Of a DNA stretch of 64,000 nucleotides, positions 19,142 to 28,285 are shown in pieces. The notes beneath the pieces are model-generated. The model ran no database searches, was not told where the DNA came from, and saw only the letters and a program-made list of their open reading frames with translations. The DNA comes from Fibrobacteria bacterium (GTDB lineage Bacteria; Fibrobacterota; Fibrobacteria; UBA11236): contig JAYTHY010000050.1 in the NCBI GenBank assembly GCA_043732185.1, positions 32,034 to 96,033 of the forward strand, in the 5' to 3' direction. The position numbers were made by a program, and so were the translations under genes. How positions within the stretch are numbered: position 1 is the first letter of the stretch; the number at the start of each line of letters is the position of its first letter.

Positions 19142-19816
19142 TTACTTCGGAGCCATGCGGAAAATATGGTTCTCGGAACCCTGAACCATGAGGTACACGC
19201 CTTCCGGAAAATTGTGTGACGGGATTCGACCTTGCTGCGATTTACCTGTCCAGACTGGTTTTCCTATCACATTGTAAATGGTCGTGGGTACGGCCACCAA
19301 TTGCGTAAAAGGAGCCTGCCAGGAAAAAGGCTTTATCACATAGGTACCTGGACGACAGCCCGCGATAAAAGTTGTGTCCGTTTTAGGATGGAGATCTACA
19401 TACATGGAAGAAATGCGCATTTCCTCAACGGCTGGTAGCTTATAAAAAGAAACCAATGGGTCAATCCATGTGACCAAGGAAAAAGGTGTTTTGAGTATCG
19501 TGACCGTATCCGTCAATTTAAATCCATAATAAGCCTTTAGAGAATCGCCTGGTCTAAGATAATGTTTGGCGATGGAAAGCGTGTCGACTTTGATTTCCAC
19601 ATAAAGCAACGGCGTCGTACCCTTGTTGTAATAGGTAGTGTCCCCGGCATTATAAACATAGACTTGGACTTCTACCGTATCCCATTTGACGTTTTTCCCG
19701 CTAAGGAGTTTTGTGCCAAGGGGGGAAACGGCAAGCTTCAATGTGGCATAGGAAGATTCAAACAGTGCTGCGATAAAAGCGAATACCAAAATGGTTTTGG
19801 GAATGCGAAACTTCAT
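19142..19816 (-). CDS. Hypothetical secreted protein with T9SS-like CTD
   Basis: Signal peptide; IYNVIGKPVW...EGVYLMV tail. Confidence 0.65.
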   Translation of the reverse strand: MKFRIPKTILVFAFIAALFESSYATLKLAVSPLGTKLLSGKNVKWDTVEVQVYVYNAGDTTYYNKGTTPLLYVEIKVDTLSIAKHYLRPGDSLKAYYGFKLTDTVTILKTPFSLVTWIDPLVSFYKLPAVEEMRISSMYVDLHPKTDTTFIAGCRPGTYVIKPFSWQAPFTQLVAVPTTIYNVIGKPVWTGKSQQGRIPSHNFPEGVYLMVQGSENHIFRMAPK

Positions 19817-20292
19817 GGGGCCGCCTTGGGCAGATTGCCGCAGTTTTTACCGGTGTACAAAGTATCATGAATAGTTTTTCTGTGAAAATTGTAGGTCTTG
19901 GTAATAGCATTATTACCGGTACTTGCCACCGGTTCACCCGACACCCCTGCGGGATCGGCATAGCAAATAATCGAGAACGCCTTCTTCTCGATCAACATCG
20001 GAATGTCATAGGAATAGTTAACGCCGGAATTAAAAACTTGTAAAGAGTCTACGCCGCCGCGCGCCTTCAAAACGCCTTCAATACTGATATCAGCCGAAAC
20101 CCATGGCGCCTGCGGTTTGGTGGCTCCACCCTTAGGCGTAATGGTGAAAGACACGCTGACGGAATCCATTTCCAGATTGGAAACCGAGTCGATCATTTTT
20201 ACAACCAATCCAGATGGAACGACATCCACGGCCGCAAAGCCGGCGCCACTGAGTATGGCCCCGATGGCCACTACAATTATGAGCTTAATCAT
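19813..20292 (-). CDS. Hypothetical secreted protein
   Basis: Signal peptide MIKLIIVVAIGAILSGAGFA; G-rich RBS; stop overlaps next start (ATGA). Confidence 0.65.
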   Translation of the reverse strand: MIKLIIVVAIGAILSGAGFAAVDVVPSGLVVKMIDSVSNLEMDSVSVSFTITPKGGATKPQAPWVSADISIEGVLKARGGVDSLQVFNSGVNYSYDIPMLIEKKAFSIICYADPAGVSGEPVASTGNNAITKTYNFHRKTIHDTLYTGKNCGNLPKAAP

Positions 20293-20501
20293 GTTTCCCC
20301 CAATCATGAATGGAAACATAATAAAAACGGTTTGAATACCTACAAAATCCGGGCTGCCTGACCCCGAAGAAGCCTTAAATCCCGTGATTCGAGGCCGTTG
20401 GCAATGGCCGGAGAATGAGCAAGTGCACTGAAAAAAAAATGGTGGTACGCTTTATTTCATGAAAACTTTTTTTGAAAATCCCGTCACAATAGGCCCCTTA
20501 T

Positions 20502-22928
20502 ATGCCGCGGCGTAACCCGTTTCTTATTGGTGTATTCCTTATATCGTTCGCCGTATTATTGTTCCAGGTGGTGCAAACCCGTATTCTGTCGGTAATTGCC
20601 TGGTATTATCTGGCCTTTTTTGCAATCAGTGTCGCGATGCTTGGCATGACGGCGGGCGCCGTCTGGGTATATCTCAAGCGCGCTCAACTGTCTCCGGATA
20701 AGTTGTCTACGTTGCTAGCTGACACTTCTCTACTGACTGCCGTATCAATGCCCGCCTCGGTCATGGTACAATTTTGTTTAATAACCACCTTAGTTCCAGC
20801 AATTACTTCGCTTTTCGCATGGTCCTTGTTGATGACGGCGATGGCGTTACCTTATGTTTTTGCCGGCATCACCCTTAGCTTAGCCCTGACCCGAAGCCCT
20901 TTTCCCGTTAGCTTGGTTTACGGTGTCGATCTATTGGGCGCTGCACTTGGCTGCGCGGCAGTGATCGGTGTTTTGAACGTACTTGACGGACCTTCAGCGA
21001 TTCTCCTTGCTGGCTTGTTTGCGGGCATTGCTGCGTATACTTTTGCACTTGGTGCCACCGCATCCGAGAAAGCGCTCTTCGCACAACGCGGACGCTGGCG
21101 CCGCCCGCTGACGGTTAGCCTCTTTATGGCCATTTTGATTCCACTTAATGTAGCGAGTCCTTACGGCTTCAAGCCGGTGATGGTTAAGGACGCCTTCGAA
21201 TGGGGCTTTCACTCGCGTACAGAGCGTTGGAACTCTTATTCCCGCATCCTCGCGTACCCGCCGGTGATCGCACCACCGTATTTGTGGGGCCCTTCTCCCC
21301 TGCGCGACAGCACAATTTTTGTTCCACAAGCCTCGATGAATATCGACGGAGCCGCCGGCACCGCCATGCACCACTTTGACGGGACGAAGGGGTCCATCGA
21401 CTTCTTAAGGTATGATCTTGTCAATCTGGCTTATAACTTACCGGGTATCGAAAAGTCCGCCGTCATCGGGGTCGGTGGTGGCCGTGATTTGCTTGCCGCT
21501 CATTTGTTTGGCGTAAAGGATATAACCGGCGTAGAGTTGAACAGCATATTCATTGATTTGCATACCAAGGATCCTTTCTACGCGCCTTTCTCAAATTTAA
21601 TGGCGGTGCCCGGTTTGAAACTACATGTGGATGACGCTCGGTCTTGGTTCGCTGCGACCCATGAATCCTTCGATCTGATCCAGATGAGCATGATAGACAC
21701 TTGGGCGGCTACAGGCGCAGGCGCTTTTACCCTTAGCGAGAACGGTCTGTATACTTTGGAAGGATGGCGTGCTTTTCTGAGTCGGCTTACCGGCGATGGC
21801 ATCTTTACGGTAAGTCGATGGTATAGTGCCGGAAACATCAACGAGTCTGGCCGCATGATTTCCTTGGCAATGGCGGCACTGTTCGACCTCGGCGTCAAAG
21901 CTCCACGCCAGCACATATTCGTAGCGAGCGCTGACAAGATTGCCACACTTGTGTTGTCGAAGAGCCCGCTTACACCGGACAAACTGATCCTGCTTAAAAA
22001 CCAGACGGAGAAACTCGGTTTCAAAGTGCTCGTCACGCCGGATGCGGAACCGGAATCCGCCATTTTACAACAGATTGTTACTGCAACGGATATAGCGAGC
22101 ATCAACCAAGTTACCAGCAAGACATTTCTCGATCTAAGCGTCCCAACTGATAACAAGCCGTTTTTTTTCAACCAACTGCGCTTTAGAGATATTCCTCATT
22201 TTATTAAAATGAGGCAAAGCAACCAGTTGGGCAGCGGCGTACTCGGTGGCAATCTACGCGCCTCCATGGCATTGGTATTGATTCTTGTGATTGCGTTCAT
22301 GGCCGTAGTTTGCACAATCGTGCTGCCTCTTCGTGCAACGGCAAAATCAGCGTCACGTCGCCTTATAGCAATCGGAACAAGCTATTTCTCCCTAATCGGA
22401 GCAGGCTTTATGCTCACGGAAATTTCCTTGCTCCAATTTTTCAGCGTGTTCCTTGGTCACCCAATCTATGCGATGGGCGTATGCCTGTTCAGCCTGATTC
22501 TATCAAGCGGTCTGGGCAGTCTGGCTTCGGGTCGATTTCCACTCAACACCCCTCGCCGCATTACCTTATGGGGGGCGAGTGTCGGCGGGTACCTACTGCT
22601 GGCTCAATGGGGGCTGACTCACCTCTTTGAGCGGACGACGTCACAACCATTATCAGTGCGCATTTTAATTTCGCTGGCGATCGTGATTCCAGTCGGATTT
22701 CTGCTGGGATTCGCCTTTCCTACGGGGATGTCACTGGTAAAGAAATTGGACTCTGAACCAACACCCTGGTTTTGGGGCATCAATGGTGCGACCGGTGTGC
22801 TCGCCTCGGTTCTCGGCGTAATGGTGAGTATGGCATTTGGTATTAATGTAACGATGTTCCTGGCTGGGCTGTGTTACTTGCTGCTGGTGCCTACTGGACG
22901 ATTACTGCTTGCAGAGTCAGGACCTTAA
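20502..22928 (+). CDS. Membrane-embedded spermidine synthase-like (SpeE-like SAM domain flanked by TM bundles)
   Basis: N- and C-terminal TM arrays; WNSYSRI, VIGVGGGRD, GVELN, DDARS, ENGLYTLE, TDNKPFFF. Confidence 0.85.
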   Translation: MPRRNPFLIGVFLISFAVLLFQVVQTRILSVIAWYYLAFFAISVAMLGMTAGAVWVYLKRAQLSPDKLSTLLADTSLLTAVSMPASVMVQFCLITTLVPAITSLFAWSLLMTAMALPYVFAGITLSLALTRSPFPVSLVYGVDLLGAALGCAAVIGVLNVLDGPSAILLAGLFAGIAAYTFALGATASEKALFAQRGRWRRPLTVSLFMAILIPLNVASPYGFKPVMVKDAFEWGFHSRTERWNSYSRILAYPPVIAPPYLWGPSPLRDSTIFVPQASMNIDGAAGTAMHHFDGTKGSIDFLRYDLVNLAYNLPGIEKSAVIGVGGGRDLLAAHLFGVKDITGVELNSIFIDLHTKDPFYAPFSNLMAVPGLKLHVDDARSWFAATHESFDLIQMSMIDTWAATGAGAFTLSENGLYTLEGWRAFLSRLTGDGIFTVSRWYSAGNINESGRMISLAMAALFDLGVKAPRQHIFVASADKIATLVLSKSPLTPDKLILLKNQTEKLGFKVLVTPDAEPESAILQQIVTATDIASINQVTSKTFLDLSVPTDNKPFFFNQLRFRDIPHFIKMRQSNQLGSGVLGGNLRASMALVLILVIAFMAVVCTIVLPLRATAKSASRRLIAIGTSYFSLIGAGFMLTEISLLQFFSVFLGHPIYAMGVCLFSLILSSGLGSLASGRFPLNTPRRITLWGASVGGYLLLAQWGLTHLFERTTSQPLSVRILISLAIVIPVGFLLGFAFPTGMSLVKKLDSEPTPWFWGINGATGVLASVLGVMVSMAFGINVTMFLAGLCYLLLVPTGRLLLAESGP

Positions 22929-22940
22929 GCCACAACCAGC

Positions 22941-23399
22941 CTACTTCACTTCTCCGTGTAAAAAAGCCATTCCTTCCACGCAGCGGATATACTCTGTCAA
23001 AGCCTGCTTGTCATCCATCTGGCCAGAGGCCAAACCCACCTCCAAGATTTCCAACTTGGCGCTACAGATTTGGGCTTGAGCCACATTCTCGTCCAAATTG
23101 TGAGATTTCAAAAGCTGTAATGTCACAGTCGCGATCAAGGAAGAAACTGCCGCTGCGCCACAGAGAATTTGCCAGCTGGGAGAACTAAGTCCAAATATCC
23201 CGGACAGCCATGCCGTGAAAGATTTGCCGCCCAGAGCTGGGCCTGCAGTAAGCAATGCGGAAAGGCTGCCTGCAAAAATAGATGTGTTGACCAAATGCCG
23301 TTTTCGAGGCTTGGCTTTCGCCAGGTAGGTACTCACCTGAAGATTTTTGTCCTTGATGCGCGCATTTAAATCCAGAAGAACGCTGGCTTTATCTATCAT
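22941..23399 (-). CDS. Small two-TM protein, possibly SLATT-like
   Basis: Helix, two hydrophobic segments, then helical C-terminus; ATG 23399 chosen because the longer ORF overlaps the tRNA. Confidence 0.55.
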   Translation of the reverse strand: MIDKASVLLDLNARIKDKNLQVSTYLAKAKPRKRHLVNTSIFAGSLSALLTAGPALGGKSFTAWLSGIFGLSSPSWQILCGAAAVSSLIATVTLQLLKSHNLDENVAQAQICSAKLEILEVGLASGQMDDKQALTEYIRCVEGMAFLHGEVK

Positions 23400-23549
23400 A
23401 GGCGGCCACTTTCTTTTACTTCGTCCTGTGCAAAATAAAATTAAATCCGAAGTGTTGGAGCGAGTAAAGTAGGCCGTGGGCGATATGGTTTTTATAGCCG
23501 ACATGGCCATCACAAATACGATGATGTCTGATTGGAAATAGCGAAAAAG

Positions 23550-23626
23550 TGGGGTGGACGACGGGACTTGAACCCGCGGCCAGCGGAACCACAATCCGCT
23601 GCTCTACCAACTGAGCTACGACCACC
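23550..23626 (-). tRNA. tRNA-His (GTG)
   Basis: Cloverleaf with encoded G-1, D arm GCTC/GAGC, anticodon arm GCGGA-TTGTGGT-TCCGC, T loop TTCAAGT, discriminator C and CCA. Confidence 0.97.
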
Positions 23627-23658
23627 ACGAGATGGCCAAACTTAGAAAGGACGGGTAC

Positions 23659-23913
23659 TTATGCCAAGGCAGTTGCTTGAAGTGGCATTAGCGGGGACAT
23701 TTGCTTGTCCGCATTGTCGATTTCCGGACGGTTCATACTCGCCTCATTGCCATTAGCTTCCATTCCAAACGACGCCGGACGGGGAGGTGGGAGAAGTTTT
23801 ACGGTAAACTGGTTGTCATCAAACTTTCGGTTTTCGAAGTACATAAAGACAGAAAAGCCCAATAGAAACAGGGAAAATCCGGACAAATAGATGTATAAAA
23901 CGGAGGCCAGCAT
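23659..23913 (-). CDS. Small single-pass membrane hypothetical protein
   Basis: 84 aa from ATG 23913 with N-terminal TM helix and Pro-rich linker. Confidence 0.45.
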   Translation of the reverse strand: MLASVLYIYLSGFSLFLLGFSVFMYFENRKFDDNQFTVKLLPPPRPASFGMEANGNEASMNRPEIDNADKQMSPLMPLQATALA

Positions 23914-24147
23914 TTCGCTAGTATAGCACCTGGAATTTTTGCCTGTCCAGGGGTAAGGGGAAAATACCTGTCCCTTTCGGTACAACGATACCCGAATCAA
24001 CGGCTCGGATTCTGCAATAAACTTTGAGAATCCCAGGCCTTTTGGGAAAGTGTAGAGTATCTTTTGAGTCATTCTGGCGCTATGCAGAAACGGGAACATT
24101 GGCTTTCCGCTGCCTCCAAAATTGTCCAGAGAAGGGGTGAGGGGATT

Positions 24148-26196
24148 ATGCCTTCCAGCGTTTTTCGGCTACCTGCCGTTGTCAAGGTTGCGGTCTTTGT
24201 GGCCGCGTGCAGCGTCTGGTTACTGACCAGTTGCAATATTTTTTCGCCGCTCGCCGCGGACAGCCAAAAGGACTTGAACTACCACGGTTTGATTCTGCGA
24301 GGCAATCAGGCCATCAATGACAAAGACTATGCCGCAGCCGAGAGTTATTTTGCCGATGCCATGGCCATGAATCCAAAGGGTTCCGAGGCCTATTTGTACC
24401 GATCCAAGGCGCTGGTCAATAAGTACAAGATCGACTACAACTCCCTCAATGATGAATTCAAACTTCGACGGGGAAACGATCCGGATACAACCAAACGCAA
24501 GAAGGGCATACCCTTTATCGACTCCAACACCACTATAGAGGGTATCGATAGCATCTATTACCCCATCGCTCAGTCGGTTGAGGATCTGGAACATATCATC
24601 CGCAAAAAAAGTACGACCATCGCGTTGGAAGCGGGATTTTCCTTGACACCAGACGGGGATACTGCCAGCGATGGTGTTATATCCGAAGGCGTGGCTCGAT
24701 TGGACTTGGGCTTATTGGAAGCCGTCAAGGCCATGCTTGGACCTTTGGATTTGGACAATGACAACCATATCAGCAAAATTTGCGGCAAGAACATCTGCCC
24801 TAATTTGGATGCGACCTGCAAAGCTTCCACAGCGTATCTGAGTCATTGCAAAGAGGGTGAAAGATCTGAAATCATCCGGTTCGATAATTTCAAACTGCTG
24901 ACCAAAAATCTCGACATCAACAAGCTGAGTAGCGATGATGTGCGCGCTCGCCAGGTTTCTTCAAACCCTAACGACATCAATGCCTTTCTGGATAAAATGG
25001 CGGGTCCGGTAGCGGGTTCTAACTTTAATCTAGATTCCGTTACTGGAGCCATGGATCAGCACAATGAAGCGAAACTCAGTTCAAATTTGGCCGAGATAGT
25101 CGGCAACATCAAGGACCTGAGCTTCTTCTTAGCCTATATGCGGTATAACGATGGCATCGACAATGACTATGACGCTTCCTCCCTATCCGGCATAGGCCCA
25201 CCCATGATTTGGCATGACTATGACCGCGATGGCCATGTGCGCTGGGATTATGATGATGTCACGACTCTCGTGGGATACGAAACCGCTGCAAATCCAGAAG
25301 TACACAATTTTGGCCATCCGGTTCATCGCCGTTTGCATCCTGAGCTCTATGTAAAGTTTACCGACACGGATTGGACAAGGCGCGCTGTAGCCAAGGACAC
25401 TTCCAAGAATTCACGAAAAGCCAGGATGATCCAACACTGCCAGGATATCGTTGACGGGCTGGCTACCGCTCCTTCCTCTAAAATCGATGACATTTTCAAG
25501 CTGAAATTGAAAATGGAAACCTGTTCCACTACCACTACCATCCTAAAGCCTGGTATCAAGCCTCCTGCTCGCAGCGATTGGATTAGCGGCACTTATGGAA
25601 TCGATGAGGAGGAAGTGGATGATCGAGACAATGACTATGACGGCATACAAGATGAAGACGCACGCAATTCCAAGGGGATGGATGATGACGATGACGCCTT
25701 GCTCGATATGACTATGATCGGTAAGGTGCCTCAGCCAATGGTGTGGGCGGATGTGGCCGGACATATGAACGCCTGTCCGGATATCGACGTGACCAAACCG
25801 ATGCTGGATGCCCCGCTATCCCGGCAGTTTTGCATTGGCTCCCTGGAACACCGACTATACCTGGCTCAGCACGGCACAGGCTCCAACCCGCTACAATCCG
25901 CTAAAGACACCTTGAAGCTTTATTATTCGGAATTCATCGGAGAAGGGCCTAACAAAAACTGCTTGGAGGACTATGACAAGCTGGACTCGGCATTTAAGAC
26001 AAAAGTTGGCCTGGGTGCCCGCACGGAGTCTGCCACCAAGCAGATTGTGGATCTAGCCTGTCACTTTAAACATATTTGGATCCGTGTCCGTCCCGCCAAT
26101 TCAGAATGGACAGCGGGTGTATTGGGCATTGATGAAGAAGTAGCGGACGGAATCGATAATGATGGCGATGGCTGGATTGACGAGGATATAAAATGA
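24148..26196 (+). CDS. Large lipoprotein with N-terminal TPR and acidic Ca-binding-like D-x-D-x-D-G repeats
   Basis: Lipobox LTSC; TPR-like GNQAI...AESYFADAMAMNP...AYLYRS; DNDYDG/DNDGDG-x-x-DED repeats. Confidence 0.75.
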   Translation: MPSSVFRLPAVVKVAVFVAACSVWLLTSCNIFSPLAADSQKDLNYHGLILRGNQAINDKDYAAAESYFADAMAMNPKGSEAYLYRSKALVNKYKIDYNSLNDEFKLRRGNDPDTTKRKKGIPFIDSNTTIEGIDSIYYPIAQSVEDLEHIIRKKSTTIALEAGFSLTPDGDTASDGVISEGVARLDLGLLEAVKAMLGPLDLDNDNHISKICGKNICPNLDATCKASTAYLSHCKEGERSEIIRFDNFKLLTKNLDINKLSSDDVRARQVSSNPNDINAFLDKMAGPVAGSNFNLDSVTGAMDQHNEAKLSSNLAEIVGNIKDLSFFLAYMRYNDGIDNDYDASSLSGIGPPMIWHDYDRDGHVRWDYDDVTTLVGYETAANPEVHNFGHPVHRRLHPELYVKFTDTDWTRRAVAKDTSKNSRKARMIQHCQDIVDGLATAPSSKIDDIFKLKLKMETCSTTTTILKPGIKPPARSDWISGTYGIDEEEVDDRDNDYDGIQDEDARNSKGMDDDDDALLDMTMIGKVPQPMVWADVAGHMNACPDIDVTKPMLDAPLSRQFCIGSLEHRLYLAQHGTGSNPLQSAKDTLKLYYSEFIGEGPNKNCLEDYDKLDSAFKTKVGLGARTESATKQIVDLACHFKHIWIRVRPANSEWTAGVLGIDEEVADGIDNDGDGWIDEDIK

Positions 26197-27329
26197 GCAA
26201 CGTGAAATCTACTTTTTCCACTTCACGTCTTTTGCTGAGTGCCTTGCTAGCTGGCGCATCCCTTGCCGCAGCAGAAGCAGGTCCACAGTACCGCGATTTA
26301 CAATCACAAGCCATGGGCCGCACGGGTGTGGCTTCTTCCAAAGGTGTGGGCTCCTTGTTTCTCAACCCGGCAGCCCTGGGAGGCGAGAATAAACTCGGTG
26401 GTGGCTTTGTCGCGGATATTGGACTGAATTCCATTCTCTTGGACTATGCCGCTTGGGCTGCCAAGAATTACAAGTATTTAAATAGCACCGATTCCCTGTT
26501 GACTCGAATTGGCGAAGTGGACAACAAGTGGGCGCCCTTCTCACAGACCAGCATGCTGTACGGAAATTTTCAGGGGACTTCCGTTGCTGCGCTGATCGAC
26601 ACGCGCTATGATTTGACCATAGGCAAAGCGGTAGTAACACCTGTTCCCGGAGTGGGTGCGCTTTCGGATTTGATCGTAACCGTGGGGCGTGGATATCAGG
26701 CGCCGGAGGGCTATAATTTCGGATTCGCCCTTAAATATTACTATCGACTGGCATTACCCAGCCGCCTGGTTGGAACCACCGATGACGCCTTCTACAAAGT
26801 CAAACAAGCCTGGGAACAACCGGACCATGGCTGGACGGACAAGCTCAAAAAAATCGGTGTAGCCGGCGACATTGCCGATACCAAGCAAGCCTTTGGCGTA
26901 AATCTGGGAGCGGAAAAGGCTGTGGACGAGAATTGGACCGCGGGCATTTCCTTGCTGGATTTTCCCACTATTATGGACGCCAGCTTTGTTCGGCCCGATA
27001 TCAATCTTGGATTAACCTATCATCGTAATCTGGATCTGGTCGAGGACTTGGAAAACAAACTCATCGTCAATCTGGACTTCCAACGCTTTCTCCTGCCCGG
27101 CACGCCATGGTTCAAGCAGATCAAAACGGGTGTGGCCATTGAAGGCTATATGCACAAGCGACCGGTCAGCTATGTGGCAATGGGCTTTAACGATGGGTAC
27201 CCGACCTTCGGCCTTCGATTTGGGTATATCCTTTACTTCAGCTATGTATACGTAGCCGAAGAAATCGGCACCTATCCCGGACAGGAAAAGCTCAGCTTCC
27301 ATAAGCTTGCTCTGCAATTGGAACTCTAA
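26193..27329 (+). CDS. Outer-membrane beta-barrel, TraF_2/PorV/FadL-like superfamily
   Basis: Signal peptide; AMGRTGVA...SLFLNPAAL plug motif; alternating beta strands; GFNDGYPTFG; ATGA overlap with the lipoprotein. Confidence 0.7.
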   Translation: MSNVKSTFSTSRLLLSALLAGASLAAAEAGPQYRDLQSQAMGRTGVASSKGVGSLFLNPAALGGENKLGGGFVADIGLNSILLDYAAWAAKNYKYLNSTDSLLTRIGEVDNKWAPFSQTSMLYGNFQGTSVAALIDTRYDLTIGKAVVTPVPGVGALSDLIVTVGRGYQAPEGYNFGFALKYYYRLALPSRLVGTTDDAFYKVKQAWEQPDHGWTDKLKKIGVAGDIADTKQAFGVNLGAEKAVDENWTAGISLLDFPTIMDASFVRPDINLGLTYHRNLDLVEDLENKLIVNLDFQRFLLPGTPWFKQIKTGVAIEGYMHKRPVSYVAMGFNDGYPTFGLRFGYILYFSYVYVAEEIGTYPGQEKLSFHKLALQLEL

Positions 27330-27345
27330 GCCGGGAATTCAGGCG

Positions 27346-28215
27346 TTACCTGGACGTCGCCGCCAATTTATCCAAAATGGTGCCATGGGTCACGCCGTTG
27401 GAAGCGATAATTCCATGCGTCATCACAAGGTTGGGATCCCGAAAATTTAGTGGGTGACCCTTGAGGTCCGTAACCCGACCACCCGCCTCTTCCAGAATCA
27501 CTTGCGTAGCTCCTAAATCCCATAAGGCCATGGGGTTTTGTGGCGGGGAAACAAAGGCCGTGTACTCGCCCCTAGCAATTTCGTTGATTTTTAAAGAGCC
27601 GTTCATTCGATGGCAAGAGGGATTGCCCAGTCGTTTTAAGAGATCGAGCAATTCGGGCGTCTTCTGCCGTCCATGCGAAAGGATAAGATTCAGTTTGGTC
27701 AAAGGGGAAACTTTAACCTGCAAAACTTTCACAAGATCAGGTCGCGGTCCTGCAAAGGCCCGATAGGCGCCTTCGCCCTGCGCTGCAAAATAGAGTTCGC
27801 CCAGCTCCGGCTTATAGGTCATGCCAACCACCGGTTTTCCATCCAAAGCCAAGGCAAGCAGGATGCCATAATGCTGGCCGTTCAGTATATAACTCGAAGT
27901 GGAATCCAATGGGTCCAGAAGCCAGCAGCGCTTAGCGACCAGCCAGGGTGCGCTAGTTTTGGTTAGGGTGTAGGTTTCCTCGTTGAGAATGGCGTCATCG
28001 GGAAATTTTTTTTCGATTTCTGCATCTAGAAAAACAGCGCAGGCATGGTCGACTTGAGTGACAATGGAGTTGTCGGACTTATAGGCGATCTCCGGGCCCG
28101 TTTCCTTGCCTGCCAAAAGGATTTTTCCTGCCGCCAGAATGGTCGAATACATGAATTCCAATTCCGTGGCATAACGGGACGCTGCAAAAACCTTTAACAT
28201 ATTTGAATGATACAC
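27346..28215 (-). CDS. Inositol monophosphatase family / CysQ-like 3',5'-bisphosphate nucleotidase
   Basis: VTQVD, ILNEE, WLLDPLDST, WDLGA, EEAGG. Confidence 0.88.
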   Translation of the reverse strand: MYHSNMLKVFAASRYATELEFMYSTILAAGKILLAGKETGPEIAYKSDNSIVTQVDHACAVFLDAEIEKKFPDDAILNEETYTLTKTSAPWLVAKRCWLLDPLDSTSSYILNGQHYGILLALALDGKPVVGMTYKPELGELYFAAQGEGAYRAFAGPRPDLVKVLQVKVSPLTKLNLILSHGRQKTPELLDLLKRLGNPSCHRMNGSLKINEIARGEYTAFVSPPQNPMALWDLGATQVILEEAGGRVTDLKGHPLNFRDPNLVMTHGIIASNGVTHGTILDKLAATSR

Positions 28216-28285
28216 TTTCTAAAGTCGAAAGGGCCCTTTCTAGAGCTGAAAGGGTTTAAAGGGCCTAAAAGCCTATGTCTTTGAC

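Noticed and set aside
1068..23399. TIR plus 2TM protein as one complete Thoeris-like system
   Set aside because: They are 21 kb apart with unrelated genes between; there is no evidence of linkage.
20400..23626. Integrated element at tRNA-His
   Set aside because: No integrase and no duplicated tRNA 3' end found by eye; left only as a weak inference for the 2TM gene.
23416..23628. 70-aa ORF and the 5' extension of the 22941-23594 ORF
   Set aside because: Both run through the tRNA-His gene; translation of tRNA sequence is spurious.
26193..27329. Conjugative element suggested by a TraF-like barrel
   Set aside because: No relaxase, VirB4, coupling protein or other tra genes in the window.
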